Below, in pieces: positions 1 to 7,953 of a stretch of DNA of 64,000 bases. The stretch spans positions 33,584 to 97,583 of the forward strand of contig ONCI01000003.1 of the NCBI GenBank assembly GCA_900316255.1, in the 5' to 3' direction. Source of the stretch: an uncultured Eubacteriales bacterium. GTDB taxonomy: Bacteria; Bacillota; Clostridia; Oscillospirales; Oscillospiraceae. Position 1 is the stretch's first letter. The number at the start of each line of letters is the position of its first letter. The notes beneath the pieces were generated by a model that did not search any database, was not told the DNA's origin, and saw only the letters and a program-made list of their open reading frames with translations. Both the position numbers and the translations under genes were made by a program.

Positions 1-1536
1 GCGAAAGCCAAGCTCAGCTACCAGATGGACTGCCAGGAGGCGAGCATGGAAGGAGAGGGCATCCTGCTGCGCCGGGCGCGTCACCCGCTGCTGGACCCGG
101 CCAAGGCCGTTCCCATCGATGTAGAGCTGGGGGACGCCTTTGATACCCTGGTCATCACCGGTCCCAACACCGGCGGCAAGACCGTATCCCTCAAGACCAT
201 CGGACTGCTGGCCGCCATGAACCAGTGCGGCCTGCACATCCCCGCCGCCGATGGCAGCAATCTGCCGGTGTTCCGGCACATCCTGGCCGATATCGGCGAT
301 GAGCAGAGCATCGAGCAGTCTCTCTCCACCTTCTCCGCCCACATGACCAACATCGTGAGCATTCTGGAAGAGTGCGACGAGAACTCCCTGCTCCTCTTTG
401 ATGAGCTGGGCGCCGGCACCGATCCCACCGAGGGCGCGGCTCTCGCCATCTCCATCATCGAGTATGCCCGCCAGAAGGGCGCCATGATCGCCGCCACCAC
501 CCACTATGCCGAGCTGAAGGTCTATGCCACCAATCAGCCCGGGGTGCAGAACGCCTCCTGCGAGTTTGATGTGGAGACCCTGCGGCCCACCTATCATCTG
601 CTGGTGGGCATCCCCGGCAAGTCCAACGCCTTTGCCATTTCCCGGCGCCTTGGCCTGGGAGAGGACATCATCGAGGACGCCAAAAACCGCGTCAGCACCG
701 ACAGTGCCAGCTTTGAGGCCACCATTGAAAAGCTGGAGCAGACCCGGCTCCTGCTGGAGAAGGACCGGGAGGTCACGGCCAAAAAGCTCAAAGAGGCGGA
801 GGAGAGCGCCAAAAAGTCCGCCCAGCTGCGCAAGGAGCTGGAGGTGCGCTTGGAGAAGGCGGATCTGAAGGCCCGCCGGGATGCCGAGCGCATCCTGCAG
901 GAGGCCCGGGATACCGCCGAGGCCACCTTCCGGGAGCTGGACGAGATGCGGGAGAAGGCCAATGAGGAGGACAACATCCAGCGCATCAACGAGGCGCGCA
1001 GCGAGCTGCGCCGCAAGCTGAACCAGAGCCAGGAGGAGCTGCGCCGCCAGGACGCCGCTCCGGCGGAGGAGCAGAAGTCCGCCCGTCCCGTGAAGCCCGG
1101 CGACACCGTGCAGATCAAGTCCATGGGCATGAAGGCGGAGGTCATCTCCGTCTCTCCCGACCGGGTGCTGACCCTTCGGGCCGGCATCATGAACGTCACC
1201 GCCAGGGAGGACGAGGTGCTGCTGGTGGAGGGCCAGAGCCTGAAGCCCAAAAAGAGCGCCTCTGCCGGCTCCGCCACGCTGCGTGCCGCCGCCTTCCCGG
1301 CGGAGGTGGACCTGCGGGGCATGGAGGTCATCGACGCCCTGCTCACCGCCGAGCAGTATCTGGACGGGGCTGTGATGGCAAAGCTCAAGACCGTCACCAT
1401 CATCCACGGCAAGGGCACCGGCGCCCTGCGCACGGCTGTGCAGAACATGCTGCGCCACAACAAAAGCGTCAAGTCCTTCCGCCTGGGCCGCTTTGGCGAG
1501 GGCGAGGCCGGCGTCACCATCGTGGAGCTGAAATAA
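1..1536 (+). CDS. mutS2: Endonuclease MutS2, C-terminal ~510 aa (5' end outside window)
   Basis: Frame open to window start; Walker A GPNTGGKT, Walker B LLLFDELGAGTDP, long K/E/R coiled coil, C-terminal Smr domain (VDLRGM...TIIHGKGTGALR). Confidence 0.9.
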   Translation, partial: AKAKLSYQMDCQEASMEGEGILLRRARHPLLDPAKAVPIDVELGDAFDTLVITGPNTGGKTVSLKTIGLLAAMNQCGLHIPAADGSNLPVFRHILADIGDEQSIEQSLSTFSAHMTNIVSILEECDENSLLLFDELGAGTDPTEGAALAISIIEYARQKGAMIAATTHYAELKVYATNQPGVQNASCEFDVETLRPTYHLLVGIPGKSNAFAISRRLGLGEDIIEDAKNRVSTDSASFEATIEKLEQTRLLLEKDREVTAKKLKEAEESAKKSAQLRKELEVRLEKADLKARRDAERILQEARDTAEATFRELDEMREKANEEDNIQRINEARSELRRKLNQSQEELRRQDAAPAEEQKSARPVKPGDTVQIKSMGMKAEVISVSPDRVLTLRAGIMNVTAREDEVLLVEGQSLKPKKSASAGSATLRAAAFPAEVDLRGMEVIDALLTAEQYLDGAVMAKLKTVTIIHGKGTGALRTAVQNMLRHNKSVKSFRLGRFGEGEAGVTIVELK

Positions 1537-1622
1537 TCGACTTTTTTGCTGGAAAAAGCGTATAAAAGATCATCTTTCCCGCCGACAGGAAATGGTAAAA
1601 ATCACGAAACGGCGGAAAGCGG

Positions 1623-1651
1623 TTGACGTATGGTCGAAAATTTGCTAAAGT
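1623..1651 (+). promoter_or_regulatory. Candidate sigma-A promoter for ptsH
   Basis: TTGACG (1623-1628) - 17 nt - TAAAGT (1646-1651); AAGGAG RBS at 1701-1706 before ATG 1715. Confidence 0.45.
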
Positions 1652-1714
1652 GTCATAGAATCCAGTGGAGATTCTTCTATCGGAAACTATTAAAGGATAT
1701 AAGGAGATGCGGGC

Positions 1715-1978
1715 ATGATTTCCAAGGAAGTAGTCATCAACAATCAGGTGGGGCTTCACGCCAGACCGGCCACCTTCTTCATTCAGAAGGCCAATGAGTT
1801 CAAGAGCAGCATCTGGGTTGAAAAGGAAGAGCGGCGTGTCAACGCCAAGAGCCTTCTGGGCGTCCTGTCTCTGGGCATCGTCAAGGGAACCGCCATCACC
1901 ATCATCGCCGACGGCGCGGATGAGGAAGCGGCGATCGCCACCCTCTCGGAGCTGATTGATTCCGATTTCTCCGAGTAA
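1715..1978 (+). CDS. ptsH: Phosphocarrier protein HPr
   Basis: 87 aa; His15 context GLHARPA, Ser46 context NAKSLLGVLSLG. Confidence 0.9.
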   Translation: MISKEVVINNQVGLHARPATFFIQKANEFKSSIWVEKEERRVNAKSLLGVLSLGIVKGTAITIIADGADEEAAIATLSELIDSDFSE

Positions 1979-1996
1979 TACAGCAACATACAGAAG

Positions 1997-2026
1997 AAAA
2001 GGGTGTGCCTGTGCACACCCTTTTTT
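1997..2026 (+). terminator. Intrinsic terminator after ptsH
   Basis: Stem GGGTGTGC (2001-2008) / GCACACCC (2013-2020), 4-nt loop, T6 run 2021-2026, A-run on 5' side. Confidence 0.75.
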
Positions 2027-2039
2027 CCAATTTAGATAA

Positions 2040-2460
2040 ATGATTCGCCCCCCCTATGGGTGACGAATCATTTAGGAGACACTCGCGCTTATCGCAGCGG
2101 GCCTTGGCCCGCTTCAAGCTGTCGACAAAGTGTCGACAGCTTGAACCGCCAAAATGGAAACTTCCGAAAAAGTTCCCATTTTGGCATAGATTGAACGTGA
2201 AGGGGGGCATATCCAAGCTCTGCCGCATAGGTTTGTCTACAGTCTGCAGCGGGCCTTGGCCCGCTTTGGTCGGCGCGAGGCCTCGCAGCAGAGCTTGGAT
2301 CGTCGCGCGCTTCCCGCGCGTCGCTATGCTCGGCTTATGGAGTTTTTGCCGAGGCAAAGCCCCGACAAAAACGAATTGAATGCGTTTTCGCCGTCCGCGG
2401 CGAAAAAACAGAGGGGAGAAAGCCCCTCTGAACTCCCCCACCCATTCGTCGGGATGGAAT
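2040..2460. other. Hairpin-dense noncoding island (possible structured RNA or cluster of palindromic repeat elements)
   Basis: Perfect 15-bp stem 2113-2127/2131-2145; 16-position stem with one mismatch 2148-2163/2170-2185; 21-nt direct repeat GCAGCGGGCCTTGGCCCGCTT at 2094-2114 and 2246-2266; 13-bp long-range pairing 2211-2223/2288-2300; further stems at 2386-2408 and 2409-2431. Confidence 0.5.
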
Positions 2461-2496
2461 AGCTATCTTTTTTTATCGGATCTACAGGAGTAAGCC

Positions 2497-4314
2497 ATGC
2501 TGGAAGAGCTGCGGGAAAAAGCCAATCATCTGCCCCTGCTGCCCGGGGTCTATATCATGCTGGACGAGCACAGCGAGGTCATCTATGTCGGCAAGGCCAA
2601 GAAGCTCAAAAACCGGGTCAGCAGCTATTTTCACGGGGAGCATCTGCCCAAGGTGGCAGCCATGGTAGAAAAGGTGGCGGATTTCAACGTCATCGTGGCC
2701 GGCAGCGAACTGGAGGCCCTGGTGCTGGAAAACTCCCTCATCAAGCGTCACAAGCCCCATTACAACATCCTCCTGAAGGACGACAAGGGCTATCCCTTCA
2801 TCCGCCTGGACCCCCGGCAGGAATACCCTGTCATGAGCATTGCCAGCCGCGCCGCCAAAGACGGCGCCCGCTACTACGGCCCCTTCGGGGGACGCTATCA
2901 GTCCAGGGAGATCATCAACACCATCTGCAAGGCCCTGCTTTTGCCGGACTGCAGCCGCAAATTTCCCCGTGACATCGGCAAGGACCGGCCCTGCCTCAAC
3001 TATCACATGGGCTCCTGCGCCGGTTGGTGCCTCAAGGACAGCGACGCGGAGGACTACCGCGCCCGCATGCGCCAGGCGGCCCTGATCCTGGAGGGAAAGA
3101 GCGGCGAACTGATCGAGGATCTGCGCCGGGAGATGGAGCAGGCGGCGGAGGAGCTGCGCTTTGAAAAGGCCGCCCAGCTGCGGGACCGGATGCGCGCCAT
3201 CGAGAGCGTGAGTCAGAAGCAGCGGGTCATCGCCACCGCCTTTGCGGATACCGACGCCGTCGGCTTTGCCCGGGGCGCCAAGAGCTGCTTTACCGTGCTG
3301 CACTTTGTGAACGGGGACCTGGCCGGCAAGGACGTGGAGATGATGGAGGAGCCCCTGGAGGAGGACGCGGAGGCCGTGTCCGATCTGGTGCGGCAGTACT
3401 ACACCGCCCACCGGGGCGGCTGGCCCAAGTCCATCCTGCTGCCCTGCGAGATCGAGGACCGGGAGGAACTGGAGACCCTGCTCAGCGAGACGGCGGGCAG
3501 GCGGGTCTATCTGGAATGCCCCAAGCGGGGAGAGCGCATGCGCCTCATCGAAAGCGCGGCGCTCAACGCCCGGGAGGAGATCCAGCGGCGCACCACCCAG
3601 GCCCAGCGCCGCTCCAAGACCCTGGAGTGGCTGCAGAAGGCTCTGGAACTGGAGCATTTCCCCGGCCGCATCGAGGCCTTTGATATTTCAAACCTGGGGG
3701 ACACCGGTATCGTGGCCGCCATGAGCGTGCACGTGGACGGCAAGCCTCTGAAGCGGGACTACCGCAAATTCCGCATCCGGGACCTGGACGGGGCGGACGA
3801 CTATGCCAGCATGTACCAGGCGGTTTCCCGACGCTTCAAGCGCTACCTGGACGGGGACGAGCATTTTGCACCCCTGCCGGATCTGCTGCTCATCGACGGC
3901 GGGGAGAACCATGCCGCCACCGCGGTGCGTGCCCTGCAGGATCTGGGCCTTTGGGTGCCAACCTTCGGCATGGTGAAGGACGACCGCCACCGTACCCGTG
4001 CCCTGATCACGCCTGAAGGGCGGGAGATCGGCATTCAGGGCAACCAGGCGGTTTTCGCCCTGGTGGGGAACATCCAGGAGGAGACCCACAACACCGCCAT
4101 CGGCTACCAGCGGGAGCTGCGGCTGGAGAGCTATGCCTCCGCCCTGGACAAGATCGACGGCGTGGGCCCCCGGCGCAAGAGCGATCTGCTCAAGGCTTTC
4201 AAATCTGTCAAGGCCATCCGGGAAGCCTCGGAGAGCCAACTCCAGCTCGTTGTTCCGAAGAATACCGCCAAAGCGGTATATGACTTTTTTCACAATGAAG
4301 AATTGAAGAAATGA
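2497..4314 (+). CDS. uvrC: Excinuclease ABC subunit C
   Basis: 605 aa; GIY-YIG N-terminus (GVYIMLDEHSEVIYVGKAKKLKNRVSSYF), UVR motif (EELRFEKAAQLRDRMRAIE), C-terminal HhH (IDGVGPRRKSDLLKAF). Confidence 0.95.
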   Translation: MLEELREKANHLPLLPGVYIMLDEHSEVIYVGKAKKLKNRVSSYFHGEHLPKVAAMVEKVADFNVIVAGSELEALVLENSLIKRHKPHYNILLKDDKGYPFIRLDPRQEYPVMSIASRAAKDGARYYGPFGGRYQSREIINTICKALLLPDCSRKFPRDIGKDRPCLNYHMGSCAGWCLKDSDAEDYRARMRQAALILEGKSGELIEDLRREMEQAAEELRFEKAAQLRDRMRAIESVSQKQRVIATAFADTDAVGFARGAKSCFTVLHFVNGDLAGKDVEMMEEPLEEDAEAVSDLVRQYYTAHRGGWPKSILLPCEIEDREELETLLSETAGRRVYLECPKRGERMRLIESAALNAREEIQRRTTQAQRRSKTLEWLQKALELEHFPGRIEAFDISNLGDTGIVAAMSVHVDGKPLKRDYRKFRIRDLDGADDYASMYQAVSRRFKRYLDGDEHFAPLPDLLLIDGGENHAATAVRALQDLGLWVPTFGMVKDDRHRTRALITPEGREIGIQGNQAVFALVGNIQEETHNTAIGYQRELRLESYASALDKIDGVGPRRKSDLLKAFKSVKAIREASESQLQLVVPKNTAKAVYDFFHNEELKK

Positions 4315-4344
4315 AATTCGCTTCGCAAATGAAGGAATTGTGGT

Positions 4345-4444
4345 ATCGGCTTTGCCGATGGATTCTGATCCGTCCCGCAAAGCGGGACACCTATCTTTCT
4401 TCATTGGCCGAATGCCCTTCATTCCTTCCTCCGGCAAAGCCGGA
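4345..4444 (+). repeat. Dispersed hairpin module, copy A (hairpin - 10-nt linker - hairpin, plus a third CAAAG-loop hairpin)
   Basis: atcggc-ttt-gccgat (4345-4359), linker 4360-4369, gtcccgc-aaa-gcgggac (4372-4388), tccggc-aaa-gccgga (4430-4444); 4345-4389 aligns with reverse complement of 15102-15146. Confidence 0.55.
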
Positions 4445-4472
4445 CTGTATCCTTGAAAGGACGGTCTTTCCT

Positions 4473-5015
4473 ATGCGTGTCATCACAGGTTCTGCCCGGG
4501 GCAGAAAACTGAAGACCCCGGAAAACTATGACATTCGCCCCACCACGGATAACGTGAAGGAGGCGTTCTTCAATATCATCCAGTTCGATATCGAGGGCAG
4601 GCGGGTGCTGGATCTCTTCGCCGGCACCGGACAGCTTGGGATCGAAGCCCTGAGCCGCGGCGCCAAAAGCTGCGTCTTCATCGATGAGAGCAGGGAAGCG
4701 GTGAAGATCGTGAAGGAGAATCTGAAGGCCTGCGGCCTCTCCGCCCCCGTGCTGCAGGAGAACGCCCTGAACTATCTCCGCCGGGGGGAACGCTTCGATC
4801 TGATCTTCGTGGATCCGCCCTATGACGCGGGCCTCTATGAGCCGGTGCTGAATACCCTCAATTCTGTTGACAACTTGTCGGATGGTGGTATAATAATCTG
4901 TGAAGCTCGGCGCGAAACGGAGCTGCCGGAGCTTCCCGCACCCTACCGGAAGGGGAAGGAATACCGCTACGGCAAGGTGAAAATCTGTATCTACACAAAG
5001 GAAAGCCAGCTATGA
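4473..5015 (+). CDS. rsmD: 16S rRNA (guanine966-N2)-methyltransferase RsmD
   Basis: Conserved start MRVITGSARGRKL at ATG 4473 (track start 4311 is an upstream extension through the hairpin repeats); VLDLFAGTGQLGIEALSRGA and FVDPPY motifs. Confidence 0.85.
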   Translation: MRVITGSARGRKLKTPENYDIRPTTDNVKEAFFNIIQFDIEGRRVLDLFAGTGQLGIEALSRGAKSCVFIDESREAVKIVKENLKACGLSAPVLQENALNYLRRGERFDLIFVDPPYDAGLYEPVLNTLNSVDNLSDGGIIICEARRETELPELPAPYRKGKEYRYGKVKICIYTKESQL

Positions 5016-5506
5016 GCATTGCGATCTGCCCCGGCAGCTTTGATCCCATCACTCTGGGACACCTGAACATCATCCGCCGCACCTCCAAGATCTTTGACCG
5101 GGTGGTGGTCTGCATCATGCACAATGCCATGAAGCCGAACCCCATGTTCACCGTGGAGGAAAAGGTGGACATGTGCCGCAGGGCCACGGAGCGCTACCCC
5201 AATGTCACCGTGGACTGGTCGGACGGGCTGCTGGCGGAGTATGCCAAGCAGTATCCCGGCGCGGTGATCGTGAAGGGCCTGCGCGCTGCCTCTGACTTTG
5301 AGTATGAATTCCAGATGAATCTGATCAACAAGAAGATCAATCCGGAGCTTGAGACCATGTTCCTCACCGCAAGCGGCAAGTATACCTTCCTGTCGTCTTC
5401 TGTGGTGCGGGAAATGGCCTATTACGGCGCGGATCTGACAGGACTGGTGCCTTCCGAGCTCATCGAAGAGATCGAGACCAAGGCCAGGCAGTGGAGGTTG
5501 AAGTAA
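5012..5506 (+). CDS. coaD: Phosphopantetheine adenylyltransferase
   Basis: 164 aa; AICPGSFDPITLGHLNII nucleotidyltransferase motif; ATGA overlap with rsmD stop. Confidence 0.95.
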   Translation: MSIAICPGSFDPITLGHLNIIRRTSKIFDRVVVCIMHNAMKPNPMFTVEEKVDMCRRATERYPNVTVDWSDGLLAEYAKQYPGAVIVKGLRAASDFEYEFQMNLINKKINPELETMFLTASGKYTFLSSSVVREMAYYGADLTGLVPSELIEEIETKARQWRLK

Positions 5507-6006
5507 TGGACAACAACGATGTGATGGAACTGCTGGATGATCTGTTCAACATGATCAGCGAAGCCTGGAACGTCCCTCTCGGGGGTGACAAGTGCATCAT
5601 TGAGCGGGAAAAAGCCCTGAAGGTCATCAGCGACATCAAGGCTGCGATGCCCTCCTCCGTGGCTGAGGCCAAGCGCCTTGTTGCGGCAAGAGACGAGTTT
5701 ATCGGCAACGCCAAGCGGGAAGCCGAGGCCATGCGCAAGAGCGCGGAGGACCGCGCCCGCCAGTTGGTGGACGAACAGGAGATCACCCGTGCCGCCCGTG
5801 CCAGAGCCGCTGAGATGATCTCCACCGCGGAGTCCAAGTCCATGGAGCTGCGCAAGCTTGCCAGCGATTATGTGGACGATCTCATGCGCCAGACGGAGAA
5901 CAGCCTGACCGCCTCCCTGGACGCCATCAAGAGCACACGCTCCAGCTTCCGCGGCAGCAAGAGCCCCCGGAGAAGCGGCCCTGTCGCCAATCCCGAGGAG
6001 CTGTGA
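5506..6006 (+). CDS. Conserved helical/coiled-coil protein, function unknown
   Basis: Probable ATG 5506 (TAATG overlap with coaD stop, GGAGG at 5494-5498); 166 aa, Ala/Glu/Arg-rich heptad-like sequence; no family I can name with confidence. Confidence 0.6.
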   Translation: MDNNDVMELLDDLFNMISEAWNVPLGGDKCIIEREKALKVISDIKAAMPSSVAEAKRLVAARDEFIGNAKREAEAMRKSAEDRARQLVDEQEITRAARARAAEMISTAESKSMELRKLASDYVDDLMRQTENSLTASLDAIKSTRSSFRGSKSPRRSGPVANPEEL

Positions 6007-6026
6007 GACAGCAGCATACCGCAGAG

Positions 6027-6088
6027 AAAACCCCATCCCGGAAACCGAACGGCCATGATTGCCGCCGGATCCCGGGATGGGGATTTTT
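6027..6088 (+). terminator. Probable terminator before the dcw cluster
   Basis: 11-bp stem CCCCATCCCGG (6031-6041) / CCGGGATGGGG (6072-6082) enclosing a 30-nt loop, followed by T5 (6084-6088). Confidence 0.5.
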
Positions 6089-6136
6089 ATGTCAAAGAAA
6101 CGCTGAAAAAAGACAAAAAGTAACAGACATTTGCTC

Positions 6137-6165
6137 TTGCAATTTGGAAATCGCTCCCCTATAAT
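6137..6165 (+). promoter_or_regulatory. Candidate Pmra promoter of the dcw cluster
   Basis: TTGCAA (6137-6142) - 17 nt - TATAAT (6160-6165). Confidence 0.55.
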
Positions 6166-6173
6166 GGAGGTGC

Positions 6174-6200
6174 AAAGTGGTTTGAAGTGGTGGAAAATGG
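6174..6200 (+). promoter_or_regulatory. Candidate MraZ operator: three direct repeats at 10-nt spacing
   Basis: AAAGTGG (6174-6180), GAAGTGG (6184-6190), AAAATGG (6194-6200), just downstream of the -10 and upstream of mraZ. Confidence 0.45.
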
Positions 6201-6237
6201 AGCAATTCTCCACGAGAAGACAGAAGGAGCGATTTGC

Positions 6238-6654
6238 GTGACAGGCGAATATCAACACTCTCTTGATAATAAAGGACGTTTATTTATTCCCGCCAAGCTT
6301 CGGGATGAGCTGGGCGATGTTTTTTTCATTACCCTATCCATGGACCGCTGCCTGAGTGCCTACAGCAGCGAGGCCTGGCAGTCTTTTTCTGATAAGGTCA
6401 GCGCCATGCCCTATGTGAAGCAGCGGAAAATGCGGCCGCTCTTTGCCCATGCGGCCCGCTGCGAGCTGGACGCCCAGGGCAGGGTCCTGATCCCCCAGAA
6501 CCTGCGGGATTACGCTGGCTTTACCAAAAATGTCACTGTTGTGGGCTGCAACAACCATGCGGAGCTGTGGGACAGCGCCGCCTGGAACGCGGTCTACAGC
6601 GAGGAAACCACCCCGGAGAATATCGCCGCGGTGATGGAGGAGCTGGAATTCTGA
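6238..6654 (+). CDS. mraZ: Transcriptional regulator MraZ
   Basis: GTG 6238 preceded by GAAGGAG (6223-6229); TGEYQHSLDNKGRLFIPAKLR and second half-repeat LDAQGRVLIPQNLR (duplicated MraZ signature). Confidence 0.9.
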   Translation: MTGEYQHSLDNKGRLFIPAKLRDELGDVFFITLSMDRCLSAYSSEAWQSFSDKVSAMPYVKQRKMRPLFAHAARCELDAQGRVLIPQNLRDYAGFTKNVTVVGCNNHAELWDSAAWNAVYSEETTPENIAAVMEELEF

Positions 6655-7589
6655 TGGAGCAGCCCAGGCATGTATCCGTGTTGCTTGCAGAGTGCATCGA
6701 GAATCTGAACATCCGGTCCGACGGGATCTATGTGGACGGGACCCTGGGTCTGGGCGGTCATTCCTATGAGATCGCTTCCCGCCTGCGGGAGGGGAGACTC
6801 ATCGGCATCGACCGGGACCCCAGCGCCATCGAGCGGGCGGGAAAGCGCCTGGAGCCCTTCCGGGATCGGATCACCCTGGTCCACGGCAATTTCGGGGACG
6901 TTGCGCAGATCCTGGACGAGCTTGGCATCGCCGGTGTCGACGGCATGCTCTTTGACCTGGGCGTGTCCTCACCTCAGCTGGACGAGGCGGAGCGGGGCTT
7001 TTCCTATATGCTGGAGGCGCCGCTGGACATGCGCATGGACAGCACCGCCGCCCTCAGCGCCTATGAGGTGGTCAACACCTGGAGCGAGGAGCGCCTCAAC
7101 CGCATCCTCTGGGATTACGGGGAGGAGCGTTACGCCCGCCGCATCACCGCCGCCATTCTGGCGGCCCGGGAGAAGGCGCCGATCCAAAGCACCGCGGAGC
7201 TGGTGGAGATCATCAGGGGAGCCATGCCCGCGGCAGCGCTCCGGGAAAAGCAGCACCCTGCCAAGCGTAGCTTCCAGGCTATTCGCATCGCCGTGAACGA
7301 CGAACTGGGCGAGGTGGAGCGCATGATGGAGACCGCGCCGGACAAGCTCAATCCCGGCGGGAGACTCTGCGTCATCAGCTTCCACTCCCTGGAGGACCGG
7401 ATCGTGAAAACCGGCATTGCCCGCCGGGAGAACGGCTGTACCTGCCCCCGGGAGGCCCCCGTATGTACCTGCGGTTTTGTGCGCACCCTGCGCAGCGTGA
7501 GCCGCAAGCCTATTTTGCCGAGCGAGGAAGAGATCGAGAGAAATCCGCGCTCCCGCAGCGCAAAACTGCGCGTGGCGGAGAGAGTGTGA
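6654..7589 (+). CDS. rsmH: 16S rRNA (cytosine1402-N4)-methyltransferase RsmH
   Basis: ATG 6654 overlaps mraZ stop; HVSVLLAECIE, DGTLGLGGHS, FDLGVSSPQLD, ISFHSLEDRIVK. Confidence 0.95.
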   Translation: MEQPRHVSVLLAECIENLNIRSDGIYVDGTLGLGGHSYEIASRLREGRLIGIDRDPSAIERAGKRLEPFRDRITLVHGNFGDVAQILDELGIAGVDGMLFDLGVSSPQLDEAERGFSYMLEAPLDMRMDSTAALSAYEVVNTWSEERLNRILWDYGEERYARRITAAILAAREKAPIQSTAELVEIIRGAMPAAALREKQHPAKRSFQAIRIAVNDELGEVERMMETAPDKLNPGGRLCVISFHSLEDRIVKTGIARRENGCTCPREAPVCTCGFVRTLRSVSRKPILPSEEEIERNPRSRSAKLRVAERV

Positions 7590-7593
7590 GGAT

Positions 7594-7875
7594 ATGTCAA
7601 GTTCCAGGGAGACCCTGTTTCAGATCCTGTGCGTGGGTGCAAGCCTGATCCTTCTGGTGATGAGCCTTTTGTACGGCGTGCGCGTCACCGCGCTGAACCA
7701 GCAGGCCGCCGCGGCGAAAACCGCGGTGGAAAGCCTGCGGGAGGAGAATGAGATCCTCCGCGTCCGCGAAGCCCACATCTGGAGCCTGGAGGAGATCGAA
7801 CGCCGGGCCAGGGAAGAACTGGGCATGGAGAACCTGAGCGCCGAACAGATCGTGAGAACAGACTTCGCGGGATAA
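7594..7875 (+). CDS. ftsL: Cell division protein FtsL-like (septum formation initiator)
   Basis: 93 aa; one TM helix (ILCVGASLILLVMSLLYGV) then coiled coil; canonical position between rsmH and the PBP. Confidence 0.7.
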   Translation: MSSSRETLFQILCVGASLILLVMSLLYGVRVTALNQQAAAAKTAVESLREENEILRVREAHIWSLEEIERRAREELGMENLSAEQIVRTDFAG

Positions 7876-7953
7876 AAAAGAGCCTTTCCCAAAGAGATAC
7901 CGGGATCAGCCGCAGCATATACTGTCCCAAACAAGGGAGATGCGGGTGATACC

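Noticed and set aside
1715-1978. HPr as part of a PTS operon
   Set aside because: No ptsI, hprK or EII genes are adjacent. HPr is monocistronic here with its own promoter and terminator, which is unremarkable.
2094-2266. Possible CRISPR array (21-nt direct repeat seen twice)
   Set aside because: There are only two copies, 152 bp apart. There is no regular repeat-spacer periodicity and no cas genes in the window.
1902-2462. ORFs 2056..2379(+), 2256..2462(+) and 1902..2441(-) inside the hairpin island
   Set aside because: There is no RBS. They are Arg/Pro/Ser/Cys-rich with odd composition. The frames run through perfect palindromes and across the ptsH terminator.
4311-4472. N-terminal 54-aa extension of rsmD given by the ORF track
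   Set aside because: The extension reads through the three intergenic hairpins. The conserved RsmD N-terminus (MRVITGSARGRKL) starts at ATG 4473.
6567-6653. Upstream extension of rsmH overlapping mraZ, and extension of mraZ to 6187
   Set aside because: The conserved N-termini begin at 6654 (rsmH) and GTG 6238 (mraZ, with a GAAGGAG RBS). The 6187 extension would cover the candidate MraZ boxes.
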